A stretch of 64,000 nt of DNA, taken from an uncultured Candidatus Binatia bacterium (GTDB lineage: Bacteria > Desulfobacterota > Binatia > Bin18). Position 1 is the stretch's first letter, and each line of letters begins with the position of its first letter. The stretch lies in assembly GCA_965214605.1 (NCBI GenBank), contig OZ243961.1:862912-926911 (forward strand), in the 5' to 3' direction. Below are positions 9,417 to 21,300 of this stretch, one piece after another. The translations under genes and the position numbers were made by a program. A model generated the notes under the pieces. The model saw only the letters and a program-made list of their open reading frames with translations. It was not told the origin of the DNA and searched no databases.

Positions 9417-10277
9417 ATGGCCTTCCAAACGAACCCGACTCCGACGATAGACTCGCAGGTACACGCCTATGAGCGGGATCGTCCAGAGCGGCCGTGGATT
9501 GGGACACTACCCGGCCCATCCGAGGTCACGGGCGACGATATGGTTGCAGCGATGGATGCTGTTGGCGTTGACGGGGCCCTTTTGGTCTCGCCGTGGAGCA
9601 TGTATCGCTTCGACGCGAGTTACGCGCTTGAAGTGGGTGCGAGTCATCCGGGCCGCTTCGGTCTCATCAAACCCTTCGATCCGCGGGCAGAATCCGTCCC
9701 AGACGAGATGGCGCAATGGGCTGCAACGCCGGGGGTGGTTGGGGCGCGAATCATGATGATGGATGAGAGGCCGGCCGACGATCCGGGTCTGAATCGGATA
9801 CTGACTGCCGGTGCGCGACATGGTCTCCCTGTGAACGTTCTGTGTTGGGGGAAACTGCCGCTATTGGGTGAGTTGGCCCGCAGGAACCCGGAAACTCAGA
9901 TCGTAGTGGATCACGTGGGCCTGCGGCAACCCTTCCACCCCCCTGTTCCACCACAGCCCTTTTCCGATCTCGCCAACGTCATCGCCCTTGCCGAGAACGA
10001 CAACGTGGCCATCAAGCTCTCCGGGGCGTGTACCCTGTCGCGTCAGCCCTTCCCCTACAGCGATATTTGGGAGCCTCTAGGACGGATCTTCGAAGCCTTC
10101 GGCTTCGATCGGTGCCTGTGGGGTACGGACTGGACCCGGGCCGTCGGGTTGCTGACCTATGAGCAGGGGGTTGAGGCGTTCCGGATCACCGACCAGTTGT
10201 CTGACTCCGAGCGAGCCGCGCTCATGGGCGGCAGCCTTGCCCGTATCTATAACTGGTCGCCCACGGTTGCGCGCTGA
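9417..10277 (+). CDS. amidohydrolase-2 family metal-dependent hydrolase
   Basis: IDSQVHAY near the N-terminus, VVDHVG, and WGTDW near the C-terminus (TIM-barrel amidohydrolase pattern). ATG at 9417 chosen over the longer track ORF. Confidence 0.75.
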   Translation: MAFQTNPTPTIDSQVHAYERDRPERPWIGTLPGPSEVTGDDMVAAMDAVGVDGALLVSPWSMYRFDASYALEVGASHPGRFGLIKPFDPRAESVPDEMAQWAATPGVVGARIMMMDERPADDPGLNRILTAGARHGLPVNVLCWGKLPLLGELARRNPETQIVVDHVGLRQPFHPPVPPQPFSDLANVIALAENDNVAIKLSGACTLSRQPFPYSDIWEPLGRIFEAFGFDRCLWGTDWTRAVGLLTYEQGVEAFRITDQLSDSERAALMGGSLARIYNWSPTVAR

Positions 10278-10283
10278 TCAGCC

Positions 10284-11073
10284 TTATTCCACGGTGCTCC
10301 CTCCCCCCACCCGCAGCAGTGGCCTCCCCCGGCCGGCCTCAGCTCCGAGGTCAGCGGTTGCGAGGCGCATTGCACGGCCTTGTATCATCACCGCATCATT
10401 TCCCCTCTCATCAATGGCTGGATACAAAAGAAGGCCGGCGGCATTGTCTGCCGGGCGGGCTCCCCTCCCGGGATTTGGGGTAGGCAGACATCTCTGATAC
10501 AGGTGACTGCCGTGCCAAGTCTTTTCGCTGCTCAATCCCGGCATAAGGATAGAGGCAAATTTTGTGTCGAGAACAAGACGATCCCCCACCCTGGAGCGGT
10601 CCCAAATGATATCGGTCTGCATGGACGGGAGGATTCTGCCAATCCCAGAGATCTCGCGCTGTAGGTGTCAATCAATTCTCTTTCCCGCAGACACACGCCA
10701 TCCGGAATCGGACGGCACGGCATCATAAAACCCTGCACCCGCTCTCTCCTACGCATGCCTTGCCCGAATGATTTCTCCGTCCCGCTAAGGAAGCCCCGGG
10801 TCTGCCTCTTCGGTGGGCAACGCTGAATCGAAAGCAGGCTGCGGCCGCCCTTTGCCGGTCGTCAATATCATGACGGCCAAACCGGTTGGCGGACGCGTCG
10901 GTTCGCTTGAGGTTCTTTCCACAATGCCGCCCATTCGCCTCAAGCGTGCAGTAAGAGTAGGACAGCGGTCCGCAAGATCGAGAGTCGAATGACTTTAGCA
11001 GTTTCTTCCAATGCCCCTCAAACGTAGTGGTTGCGTGATGTGTCAACGAGAAATTCCTCTCCATATACAGCAA
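10284..11073 (-). pseudogene. McrC-like (type IV restriction, PD-(D/E)xK) gene remnant
   Basis: ORF 10284-10622 reads MQTDIIWD...RLVLDTKF...SHLYQ...GLLLYP, the C-terminal McrC-family pattern (TDI..., ..LDxK[FY], ..LYQ.., ..LLYP). Upstream pieces are in other frames and the full-length N-terminus is missing. Confidence 0.4.
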
Positions 11074-11563
11074 GTTTATACGTCCCCGAACTCGGCCAAG
11101 GACAGCTTCTCTTGGCTGGTATCCGAAACTCAGATTTCGTCTCAGACGACGTCCAGTCCAGGCGCGTCGGGATTTCGGCCATCAGATCAGGAATATCATC
11201 GGGATTTTCCCGCGCTCGCCGTACCGAAAGAGCTGATCGGTGAACATCTTTTCCAGACTGTAGATTTTGACGGACACTCCGCCGATTTGATACTCCTCAA
11301 TGCCTGTCACAATATGCCGGGTCAGAGAATCCGTGAACGCTGAAGGGTGGATAATCCGGAGCCGGCCGGCGTGATTCTCTTGGCACGGCTACGGAAACTC
11401 TATGTGGCACCTGTGTGATGATTTCGTGATATGCCAGGCTGATGCAAGGCAGATAACCGCATTCGGGAAACGCAGTCCGACCATTATCAGGTCCAGATTG
11501 CTGATGGGGCGTTCCATTCGCTTCGGATGATCGGTTGAGGCGACTAGGGATATCAAACCAATT

Positions 11564-13484
11564 ATGAAGGGATACCAGACCAATTATGTCAACCTGATCG
11601 CAGACAACCTCCAGGATCGCTACGAGAGCGGTTTCCCTATTCTGAAGGAATTAATTCAGAACGCTGACGACGCAAAGGCTTGCACGTTAATCTTCGGAAG
11701 CCATCCTGGGTTTCCCAACACGTCCCATCCATTGCTGCACGGCCCCGGTCTCTGGTTCTTCAACGATGACGAGTTCAAGAAAAGCGATGCGAATGCTCTT
11801 CGGTCTTTCGGCATCAACGGCAAAGCTGGCGACGCTGGTGTCATAGGCAAGTTTGGACTCGGGATGAAGAGCGTCTTCCATACTGTGTGAGGCTCTCTTC
11901 CACGTCGCTCGGAATGGGATGGACTTCTACCGTGAAGGACTCACTCCATGGAAACACGGCCGTCCCACTCCCCATCCAGAGTAGGACGAGACGAGTTCGG
12001 CTGATTGGGACACATTGATAGGCCTCGGCTCAGGACTAACCGAAACGACGGTCGATCACTGGTTTTTGTTATGGCTCCCGCTGCGAATGAAGCGACACTT
12101 GCAAACGCGTTCGGGCGAGGAGACGGGAGTCATTATCAGTCGATTTCCCGGTGACGATCCGTCCCAGTGAGCTTGCATTCCTTAGCGATCCGAAACTGGC
12201 TCGGGACGTGGCCGAGATGTTGCCCTTGCTTCGACATCTGAAGCGCGTCGAACACAGAGGGGATGTCAATCGCTTCGTTCTGGAGCTGTCCGACGGACCC
12301 CGACTAACGGGGGACCCGCCTTGTGCACAAGACGACGGTCAGGTCGTACTGAACGGCGGACGCCCTCTGCTTGGTTTCTCCGGGCTCAGGCTTGAGAGCA
12401 GTGATTCGGACGAAAGATTCGCTTCTATGAAGGCACGCGGCGAGTGGCCTCGCACTTGGTATCGCGACGAGTTAGGGCGTGAATATTTAGCAATGGACAA
12501 GATTTCACCGGAGGCCGCCGTATTGTTTTATGTGGATCTCATTTCTGCTCCCAGCTCTCGCCTGCATTGGGCGGTGTTCTTGCCGATGGAAGATGGTGGC
12601 CAATCTCTCGAAGCTCCCCGCTGCACGGTTGGGCACGGTGTTGTCCTCCATGGCCAGTTCTTCTTAGATGCAGGACGAAAGAAGATTCACGATTTGGAAT
12701 CCCTCCATCTCGAGCCCGTAGAGGTCGCCGATGCAAGCGATGAGAGTCAGCTGCGCAGGATCTGGAATCAACGGCTGGCGCAGGACGTCTTGCTCCCGAT
12801 GGTGCTGCCGGCCTTGGAACGTCATGCCGTTCAGCAGAAGATCTCAACAGAGGAGTGTGGCCTGCTGACCGCAACTATATCAAAGACCGATTGGTTTCAA
12901 ACTTTTCAGAATTATATCTGTCGGGACAGCGTCTGGCTACGAACGCTGGAGCCAGGAGCCGAACCGCTATGGCGCTTGGTAGGGGGAGATACTCGGTTTC
13001 GCCTCCGCCCTGTTCCCACACCGCCTAAATCAGCTCCGGAGAGGCCGTGGGCAGTCTTCCCAGAAATGTCCAAGAGCAAAGGTGTTGCCTTACGACACGA
13101 ATGCTCCGTGTCTGTGGGACCGGCCTCAGCAATGGCGGGAGCCTGAACTGGATCACCTTCTATCTCGGATCGATGGATTATTTGGCAGAGTTCTTGGAAT
13201 CCTGTGCAGGGCCGTACCTCGCCACGGAGCGGATACAGCGTCGACTTCTTGTAGTCCTACGGACTGGTCTGCAAGCAGCCGGCAGACGCGCCCTGCGTCA
13301 GATGGCAGCGAAAGGAAGGCGAGTTGTCCACTTCCTTCAACTAGTATGTGGCGTCGTGTTGACTCTGGCTTTCAACCTGTATGTGTCCAACCGGCGGTTC
13401 ATTTCCGCTCCAAGACTCTGCCCTCTCGCCTCGCTGTTAAGACCGAGACTGTTGACGGGAGAGCGACCGCTGCCTGTGGTCTAG
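11564..13484 (+). pseudogene. sacsin-like GHKL (HATPase_c_3) ATPase, multiply frameshifted and 3'-truncated
   Basis: N-terminus has ELIQNADDAKA and GKFGLGMKSVFH (sacsin/Hsp90-like Bergerat fold). The reading continues in another frame after the stop at 11888-11890 (CEALFHVARNG...), passes an in-frame stop near 11982, changes frame again at about 12150 and again near 13100. It ends where the low-GC block begins. Confidence 0.6.
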
Positions 13485-14243
13485 GACCATATCGATCACT
13501 TCAATAATGTCAACGTATACCCGTGCTATGACGCCGTTTCTTCGCCACACTAGGTGCCATTCGACCTTTCCATTCCTTATCCATTTTTGATTGGCGTGGG
13601 GGCGATTATCGTCGATCGTATTTGTTTCTGGGTCTACCTCAACGGAATGCGGTTCGAAGAACCGCTCCCAAATCGTCTCAAGTAAGCTAGGCCAACTGGC
13701 AATGTGCCACAATAATCTTTCAAAATCGCCCACTCCAGGAATGCGATCTATTGGATAGTCTCTTGAGTTTGAATTTGTTGGCTTGATATGTTCTTCCAGG
13801 TGCGATTTAGCCAAATGACAAATGACCAACTGAATTTCGTCGCTTGACAGTAATAAGCGCTTTAAGGCGCAAAAAAATGGTCCGCGTGGAACGATTAGAC
13901 GTCGTCCTGCATCATTTGATACATCTAATACTAGGTCATCTACTCTCAAATAATAGGCATGGATAATCATGCCGAGAATACACACCAGATGCACCGACTC
14001 CTTCTGTCTACGCTCGGATTCTACCTCCAGCTTCCATCGACGTAGGCGGACGGGGAGTTTATCCGCTCCTGGATCAGCCTTCTTGACCGTTGTCATGATG
14101 TCTCGTGCGGGATGGATCAGGTGAATGAAATGGTAGGCATCTCGTGTGGAGCTTTCCCCACCCATCAAAGGCAATGAAATTCTTTGACGGCGTAGGTGTT
14201 TGAGGTTATCCCGCAGCAGGCTCACTTGGTCAATTAGCAACAT
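13437..14243 (-). CDS. hypothetical protein (268 aa) in a low-GC block
   Basis: Uninterrupted ORF in a segment visibly more AT-rich than its surroundings. No recognisable motif. Confidence 0.5.
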   Translation of the reverse strand: MLLIDQVSLLRDNLKHLRRQRISLPLMGGESSTRDAYHFIHLIHPARDIMTTVKKADPGADKLPVRLRRWKLEVESERRQKESVHLVCILGMIIHAYYLRVDDLVLDVSNDAGRRLIVPRGPFFCALKRLLLSSDEIQLVICHLAKSHLEEHIKPTNSNSRDYPIDRIPGVGDFERLLWHIASWPSLLETIWERFFEPHSVEVDPETNTIDDNRPHANQKWIRNGKVEWHLVWRRNGVIARVYVDIIEVIDMVLDHRQRSLSRQQSRS

Positions 14244-14399
14244 GGTGCAACCCTTCTCATTCTTCTGTGCCCGTCCTGGTACGTTGGACTAACGCAGTGA
14301 TATGTAGCGGCAGAACGTCGACCTGGAAATCCCCTGCTCGTCGGCGCTCACCCAGGCATAGCCGAATTCAGGGTATCGCAGAAGCGGAGGAAACCTTAT

Positions 14400-14867
14400 G
14401 TGGGCGGGAAGCCTCGGCGCACGACCAAGAAGGCAAATCATAAGCCGAATAAGCCGGGTCGAGGGACTAAGAAAACGGCAGTGCTGGGTGTCATAGAACG
14501 TGGCGGTGGGGCTGTTGTCAAGGTAGTTGAACGGCTGACCGGGCCAACCATCGCCACGTTTCTCAGGGACGTGATTGATGTAGGTGGCTCCGTCCTGATT
14601 ACAGATGAGTACAAAGGCTACAATACTCTCCGGGAGCAGATATCTCACGCCCTCATTAATCATGAAGAGGCCTATGCCGAGGGGTTGTTGGCCCACACCA
14701 ATACCATTGAAGGCTTCTGGGCCCTGCTGAAATGTTCCTGGTACGGCCAGCACCGCCACTACAGCAAACTGTACCTGCCGCTGTACGTGATGGAAACCTG
14801 TGGGAAAGACAACGCCCGTAAAGACAGCACCCCTGTGGAACTTTCATCCGGGGGAGTCTTCTCATGA
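14400..14867 (+). mobile_element. IS1595-family (ISXO2-like) transposase, C-terminal fragment
   Basis: VGGKPRR...GRGTKKTAVLGVIERGG...VLITDEYKGYNTL...HTNTIEGFWALLK... matches the ISXO2-like DDE domain. The zinc-ribbon N-terminal half is absent. Confidence 0.7.
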
Positions 14868-16014
14868 GTCCCAATCGCCTTCATAGGAAAATCTCATTTG
14901 AAGACGAGTGAAACTGAAAAGGAATTGTGACGGCTAAGCCCCCAGCTACTAATTCCGTTTTCTGATAAGCCTGAATCTACTAATTGCGATCGATTTTCAT
15001 CCCCAATCGAAAAGCGGAGCAGAGCGAGATCAGAAGAAACTTAAGAATGAATTGCACTATGTGGGCATACGCATCTCGAACCCCACCCAAACCCGTCGCA
15101 AACCGACATTCAAGGCTTTCAAGATATGTATCGGAAATCCACCTATCAGCCGGCCGGTTTTCTGATGGTACTTGTTAGGAGCAGCACCGGGAGAAGGCGG
15201 CCCTTACGTCGCGTTATGCAATGACAGGGCAACTCGTCGATTGAGCGTGAGTGACTGAGACGGGGCCGCGGTTTGTTTCGCGGGTCGCTCGAAACAATGT
15301 CCATGCCGGCCCGTATCCTGTTCTGGTGATCGCTGGAAAAGTCATGCCCTGACGAGTTGTACTCGTCAGGGTATTCCTGCATGTGAGGCCGTGCCACGGG
15401 TAGCTGCTTTCGCCCAACTTCGTACCCGTGCGGGTGCGGGACGGTGTGCTGCTGCATACGGACCATCATTTCCAACTACGTCCGTCCTTCGGGCAGCCAT
15501 TATCCGATCGAGTGGCAACGGTTGTAGGAAAAAAGACGCCTGCCAAGCCGAGGACTTCAAGGACCACACCACGCTGTGCCTTGACTTGATTGACGATGCC
15601 CTCCCGGCACGGGACATGTCCGACGATTTCACCTTTGACAGCTATTGCACCCACGCCAAAGCCTGCCCTGTGCCCGACGATGTCTGTCTTGTTACATCCC
15701 CAAGCCGCAACCTGCTGAAGGCTTGTTGTTTGACGAGCGTGGGTGTTGAGGGAGTAGCGCCCGCGTGGTGCGACCGTCAGGGAGCACGGCGCGGGTTGTG
15801 GCTGCGGGGGCTGGGTTCGGTGGGCAGGCCGGCAGAGATGCTCTCGGCGCTTCGATGGTCCCACCATCGGCTCTTCCCCGCTCCCGGTCTGCTGGCGTCA
15901 CAGGCGGAAAGAGAACGCATCTGAACGCTGTGCGCACCTGGAAATGACCGGCTGCTTGACCGCTTCGGAGCCTGACGCCATAGTCGTGGTTGATACCAAG
16001 ACCGGGGGGAAAAC

Positions 16015-16917
16015 ATGGCCATGCAGGTTAAACTCGAAAGCCGGGAATTTGAAGTCCGAGCCGTGTCGCCGTTCCTGGAAATGGGGGCCTACGAGGCCTT
16101 GTGGTCCCATCCTGACACCACCTTCAAGTCGTTGTCGGAGCGATTTGCGCGGTGTCTCGGCAGCGTGTCGTCAGATTTCGTCCCCCGCGAGCAGGCGTAT
16201 GCCTGCGCGGCTTTCGTGAAACGGCGGTTTGCTGAAGCCGGGGTGAAGCGGTTCGGGGTGCGGGTACACGGCGCGGGTGAATACCCCGACCAGTTGCGGG
16301 ATGCCGTGCATCCGGTGGAACTGCTCTATTACCAGGGTTGGTGGGACTTGGCGGCGTCGCGCTCGGTCGCCGTCGTGGGTAGCCGGAAGCCGTCAGCCGA
16401 GGGGTTGGCGCGCACGCGGCGTTTGGTGCGGGCGTTAGTGGCGGACGACTTCACCATTGTGTCGGGACTGGCGGCGGGGATCGACCGCATGGCTCATGAG
16501 ACCGCCATGGCGGAAAACGGGCGGACGATCGCGGTCATCGGTACGCCGCTTTCGCATGCCTATCCGAAGGCGAATCGTGAGCTGCAGCGGCTTATCGCGG
16601 AGCGTTTCCTGGTCATCAGCCAAGTGCCTTTGAAACGCTATGAGTCGCAGGATTACCGCCGGAATCGGCTGTTCTTCCCCGAGCGTAACGCCACCATGTC
16701 GGCATTGACCGAGGCGACCCTCATTGTGGAGTCGGGCGAGGCCTCGGGAACGCTGATTCAGGCTCGTGCAGCTCTGGCTCAGGGCCGCAAGCTGCTGCTG
16801 GACAACTGCTTCCGCAATCCGCACTTGACTTGGCCGGCCCGGTTTGCCAAGCGAGGCGCCCTTCGGGTCAAGACCTGGGATGACATCCGCAAGCACCTTT
16901 CCGCAGCGCCTCGCTGA
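16015..16917 (+). CDS. DprA/Smf-like Rossmann (SLOG) protein; ShosA-like
   Basis: VAVVGSRKPSAEG...IVSGLAAGIDRMAHETA...TIAVIGTPL...ERNATMSAL...LIVESGEASGTLIQA is the DNA_processg_A pattern. Confidence 0.8.
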   Translation: MAMQVKLESREFEVRAVSPFLEMGAYEALWSHPDTTFKSLSERFARCLGSVSSDFVPREQAYACAAFVKRRFAEAGVKRFGVRVHGAGEYPDQLRDAVHPVELLYYQGWWDLAASRSVAVVGSRKPSAEGLARTRRLVRALVADDFTIVSGLAAGIDRMAHETAMAENGRTIAVIGTPLSHAYPKANRELQRLIAERFLVISQVPLKRYESQDYRRNRLFFPERNATMSALTEATLIVESGEASGTLIQARAALAQGRKLLLDNCFRNPHLTWPARFAKRGALRVKTWDDIRKHLSAAPR

Positions 16918-17607
16918 AATCGACGATCTGAGCCGGGCGGATCATGCGTACCTGACCGAGGCCGACAGGTGTTACTTCATTGGCGAGTACACGGCGCGCC
17001 GGGACTTTTCCTACAGCGCGACGAACAACCTGATCCTGAATTTCAAGAAGTCGGTGAACCGGCGCGGGCTACCGGAATGGGGCTACAAGGAAGAAGCGAT
17101 CGCAACGGCCGCGGCGGCATTCCGCAGGGCTCTGCACGTGAGCGCCCTTGATCTCTTGACGTTCGTGCCGGTGCCGCCTTCGAAAGCGCCGGGGGACGCG
17201 CTTTACGATAATCGTCTGACGCGTATGCTGCGAGCCATCCGACCGCATCCACCCCTGGATATTCGCGAACTGATCATCCAGACGCAAAGCACGGAGGCCG
17301 CGCATTGCAGGGTGGTGCGGCCGCGGCCCGGCGAGATCGCGGCGTTTATCGCATCGACGAGACGTTGACGGCGCCGGCGCCCGGCGCTCTTGCCATCGTC
17401 GACGACCTCCTGACGACCGGCACGCATTTCCAGGCGGTGGCGTCGGTCTTGTCGACGCGCTTTCTGGGCGCATACATCGTCGGGTTGTTCATGGCGCGGC
17501 GGGTGCCGGAAACCGCTGCACCGAAGGAGGTCGGCGTGAAAGGCACATGGAAGCGCGGAGGCGTCTCCAGCCAAGTCTTCACCGTCGCATGTTTGTGGGT
17601 GCAGTAG
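16880..17607 (+). pseudogene. phosphoribosyltransferase (ComF/PRTase-like; ShosT-like), frameshifted
   Basis: First frame ends at 17368. The PRPP-binding loop LAIVDDLLTTGTHF sits in a second frame (17305-17607), with the shift around 17330-17345. The 3' end abuts an IS630 remnant. Confidence 0.65.
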
Positions 17608-17735
17608 TTGTCGACGATCAGATGAATATCCAGCGGCGTCTCCCGGTCGATTTGCTTCAGGAAGCGCAGCCCTTCGACATGGGTATGCCCGGCCTCGATG
17701 CGGCCGATGAGCTTGCCTGGGTTGGCGAGGAGTAG
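17522..17735 (-). mobile_element. IS630-family transposase fragment
   Basis: Reverse translation reads ...LIGRIEAGHTHVEGLRFLKQIDRETPLDIHLIVDNYCTHKHATVKTWLETPPRFHVPFTPTS, the conserved DDE C-terminal block of IS630. About 70 aa are clear. Weaker remnants may extend towards 18.05 kb. Confidence 0.6.
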
Positions 17736-18310
17736 GAAGACATTGATGTCCGGGTCCTATAGATAAGGATCAGGTTCTGGTCCACCCATATAGCAAGCTG
17801 TAGAGTTTATCGTCTGCGGGATCTGTCTGAGCACTGCCGGCCGGGAACCGAATGGCGACGCACCGACCGCGGTTACCGCCTGGCCTCTCATCACAGCATT
17901 TGATTCACCGACCTCGTCTTCTGGATCCGAAAGCGTGCGGTCTGGGTCTTCCTCTGCAAGAGTCTATACGATATGAGGTCCGATTGAGCCGTACCAATTG
18001 GACAGCTTGTGCTGCGAGGGGTTGCAAAGCGGCTCCAGGATCAGGCACGATGCCCTGCCGGGTTTCACGTCAGGGGAAACACAAGAGGGCTAAAGACCGA
18101 CGGCTCTCGGGCGGCGAGATTGCGTCCTGTAGTGCAGGGTCAAGCGAGCTTCCGTATACAAATGGATCAACCGCAAGCAGCTGGTCGGGAGCTGTGGAAA
18201 TCCAGAAAAGAAGAGATCGATCAATGGCTTCGAATGGGATGGGGACGGGACAAATGACCGCCGATGCGGTGTCGCCGCTCATGAGGATACCTGGAGGATA
18301 AGAGGTCGCA

Positions 18311-21300
18311 ATGAAGCTGGCAGACCTCCAGGTCAATGCCGCCGTGCGCGGCATTCTCTCGGACGAACTCGTCACGGTGGTCGGCGTGCAGTGGTTTGGA
18401 GCCGAGGCTCTGGAGCTGACCTACAAAACGCCGACTGGAAAAGTCGCCAATGAGCTGCTCTATCGGCACGACGAGCCCCGGCTCGAAATCGTTGAGGTCG
18501 GTCGGCCCTGGAGTTTTGACGGAGACGGGGCGCTGTTCCGTCTCGTCTCCGAAGCCCAGCGCATTCGTCTCGCCCACCTTTTCGACCCGGTGCTCGCGGT
18601 CCATACCTCCGTTGTCGAACCGCTCCCACACCAGATCACCGCCGTCTACGAATCGATGCTGCCACGCCAGCCGCTGCGCTTCCTGCTCGCGGACGACCCC
18701 GGCGCCGGCAAGACCATCATGGCCGGGCTGCTCATCAAGGAACTGATTGCCCGCGGCGACCTGCAAGGCTGCCTGGTGGTGTGTCCCGGCAGCCTTGCCG
18801 AGCAGTGGCAGGACGAGCTCTATCGCCGTTTCCAGCTGCCGTTCGAGATCTTGACCACCGACAAGCTTGAGGCGGCCCGCACCGGCAACTGGTTCCTCGA
18901 AACGCCTCTGGTGATTGCCCGCCTCGACAAGCTCGCCCGCAACGACGACGTCCAGCAAAAGCTCCAGGCTCCGGATTGTCGGTGGGACCTCGTCGTGTGC
19001 GACGAGGCGCACAAGATGTCGGCCACCTTCTTCGGCGGCGAGGTCAGGTATACCAAGCGCTACCGGCTCGGGCAGCTGCTGTCTTCGCTGACCCGGCACT
19101 TCCTCCTTATGACCGCGACCCCGCATAACGGCAAAGAGGCCGACTTCCAACTTTTCATGGCGCTGCTGGACGGCGACCGCTTCGAGGGGCGCTTCCGGGA
19201 CGGCGTGCATGTGGCCGATGTCTCGGACCTGATGCGCCGCATGGTCAAGGAGACCCTGCTCAGATTCGACGGCACGCCGCTGTTTCCGGAGCGGATCGCG
19301 CACACAGTTCCCTACAAACTCTCGGAAGCAGAGGCCCGTCTCTATAAATCGGTTACCGACTACGTGCGCGAGGAGTTCAATCGTGCCGAGGCGCTTGAGA
19401 ACGACAAACGGGCCGGCACCGTCGGATTCGCATTGACCATCCTGCAACGCCGCCTGGCGTCTTCTCCGGAAGCCATCTCCCAATCGTTGCGGCGACGGCG
19501 GGAACGCCTGGAAAGCCGGCTGCGCGAGCTCCAAGTGCTGCAGCGGGGTGGTCAGGCGACGCTCGCCGCGACCACGGGCCCGGAGCTGGACCCGGAGGAC
19601 GTTGAGGATCTCGACGAAGCACCGGACACCGAGGTCGAGGCCGCTGAGGAGGAAATTCTTGACCAGGCCACCGCCGCGCGCTCAATCGCGGAGCTCAAGG
19701 CGGAAATTGGAACACTGAAATCCCTGGAAGGCCTAGCGGTCGGCGTCAGACACAGCGGGGCCGACACGAAGTGGCGTGAGCTCGCGAGCCTACTCGGAGA
19801 GATCTTCACCGCGGGCGGGCTAGCCGGCCGGATTGCCGAACCCGACACGCCTTACGGCGCGGGAGAGATACCCAAGCCCAAATCGTCGCCCAGGCAGAAG
19901 CTCGTCATCTTCACCGAGTATCGCGACACGCTTAGCTATCTTCAGGACCGCATCACGACAGTCCTCGGGTGCCCGGAGTCCGTCGTCGTGATCCACGGCG
20001 GCCTGGGACGGGAAGACCGGCTCAAGGCCCAGGAGGCATTCCGGCACGATCCCAAGGTGCAGGTGCTGCTCGCTACCGACGCCGCCGGCGAAGGCATCAA
20101 CCTCCAGCGCGCCCATCTGATGGCGAACTATGACCTGCCTTGGAACCCGAACCGGCTGGAGCAACGCTTCGGTCGTATTCATCGCATCGGCCAGACTGAG
20201 GTCTGCCATCTCTGGAACCTGGTAGCGGACGAAACACGGGAAGGCGATGTCTACCGCAAACTGTTGGAGAAGCTTGAGCAGGCCCGTCGGTCGCTGGGCG
20301 GTCGAGTGTTCGACGTGCTCGGCAAGCTCCACTTCGAGGGCCGGCCACTGCGCGACCTGCTGGTAGAAGCGATCCGCTACGGGGAGCAGCCCGCAGTGCG
20401 AGCGCGTCTGACCACGGCTGTTGATCACGCCCTGGACCGAGTACACCTCCAGGACCTCCTTGAGGAGCGTGCCCTGGCTCATGATGTGATGGACGCAAGC
20501 CGCGTGCATCGCATCCGGGAGGACATGGAGCGAGCGGAGGCGCGTCGCCTCCAGCCTCACTACATCGAATCATTCTTCCGCGAGGCGTTCCAGCGGCTCG
20601 GTGGTTCGGCCAGACAGCGTGAGTCCCGGCGCTACGAGATCACCCACGTGCCGGCGCCCGTCAGAAACCGGGACCGGCTCATTGGTATCGGGGAGCCGGT
20701 ACTGCCGCGCTACGAACGTATCGCCTTCGAGAAGTCTCTCGTGGCGCCGCAAGGGCAGCCACTCGCGGCTTTCGTCTGCCCAGGCCATCCGTTGTTGGAC
20801 GCCGTTATCGACCTGACACTCGAACGCCATCGGGACCTGCTAAAGCGTGGCGCCGTTCTGGTAGATGAAAGAGACCTGGGCACAAAGCCCCGGGTGCTCT
20901 TCTCCCTTGAGCATGTCCTCCAGGATGCCAGCGTCACCCGCTCGGGCGATCGGCGCATTATCTCCAAGCGCATGCTTTACGTCGAGCTCGATGAGGACGG
21001 GGTGACCCGCCACGTCCACTATGCGCCCTATCTGGATTACCGTGCTCTCGCCGATGGGGATCCAGACCTCGATTCGCTTCTTGATTGCCCTCAATGTGCC
21101 TGGCTTGAGCGCGACATGGAGTTGCGGGCGCAAGCCTACGCGGTTGCCAATGTCGTGCCGGAGCATCTCAAAGAGGCCCGGGATGCCAAACTGGCGCTTA
21201 TCGCGAAGACGGAGGCCGCCGTCAAAGACCGGCTCACCAAGGAAATCACGTACTGGGATCATCGGGCCGAGCAGTTGAAGCTCCAAGAGCAGGCCGGCAA

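Noticed and set aside
10200-10300. tRNA gene or att repeat marking the left border of the island
   Set aside because: No cloverleaf-like sequence or GTTCGAATC-type T-arm was seen here or elsewhere in the window. The border is defined only by the change in gene content.
14289-14759. 156-aa minus-strand ORF
   Set aside because: It is a shadow of the IS1595 transposase fragment, whose plus-strand translation carries the conserved family motifs.
15391-15937. Overlapping 130-180-aa ORFs on both strands (15391-15924 plus, 15466-15867 minus)
   Set aside because: Neither translation matches a family I recognise, and they overlap each other completely. They are probably residue of a decayed gene and are left unannotated.
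18221-19534. 437-aa ORF antisense to the helicase (similar cases: 19820-20560, 24014-24790, 27758-28534, 40377-41162, 750-1514)
   Set aside because: These are long antisense ORFs, as expected by chance opposite genuine genes in GC-rich DNA. Their translations are Arg/Gly/Pro-rich and low-complexity, while the sense-strand genes carry complete catalytic motifs.
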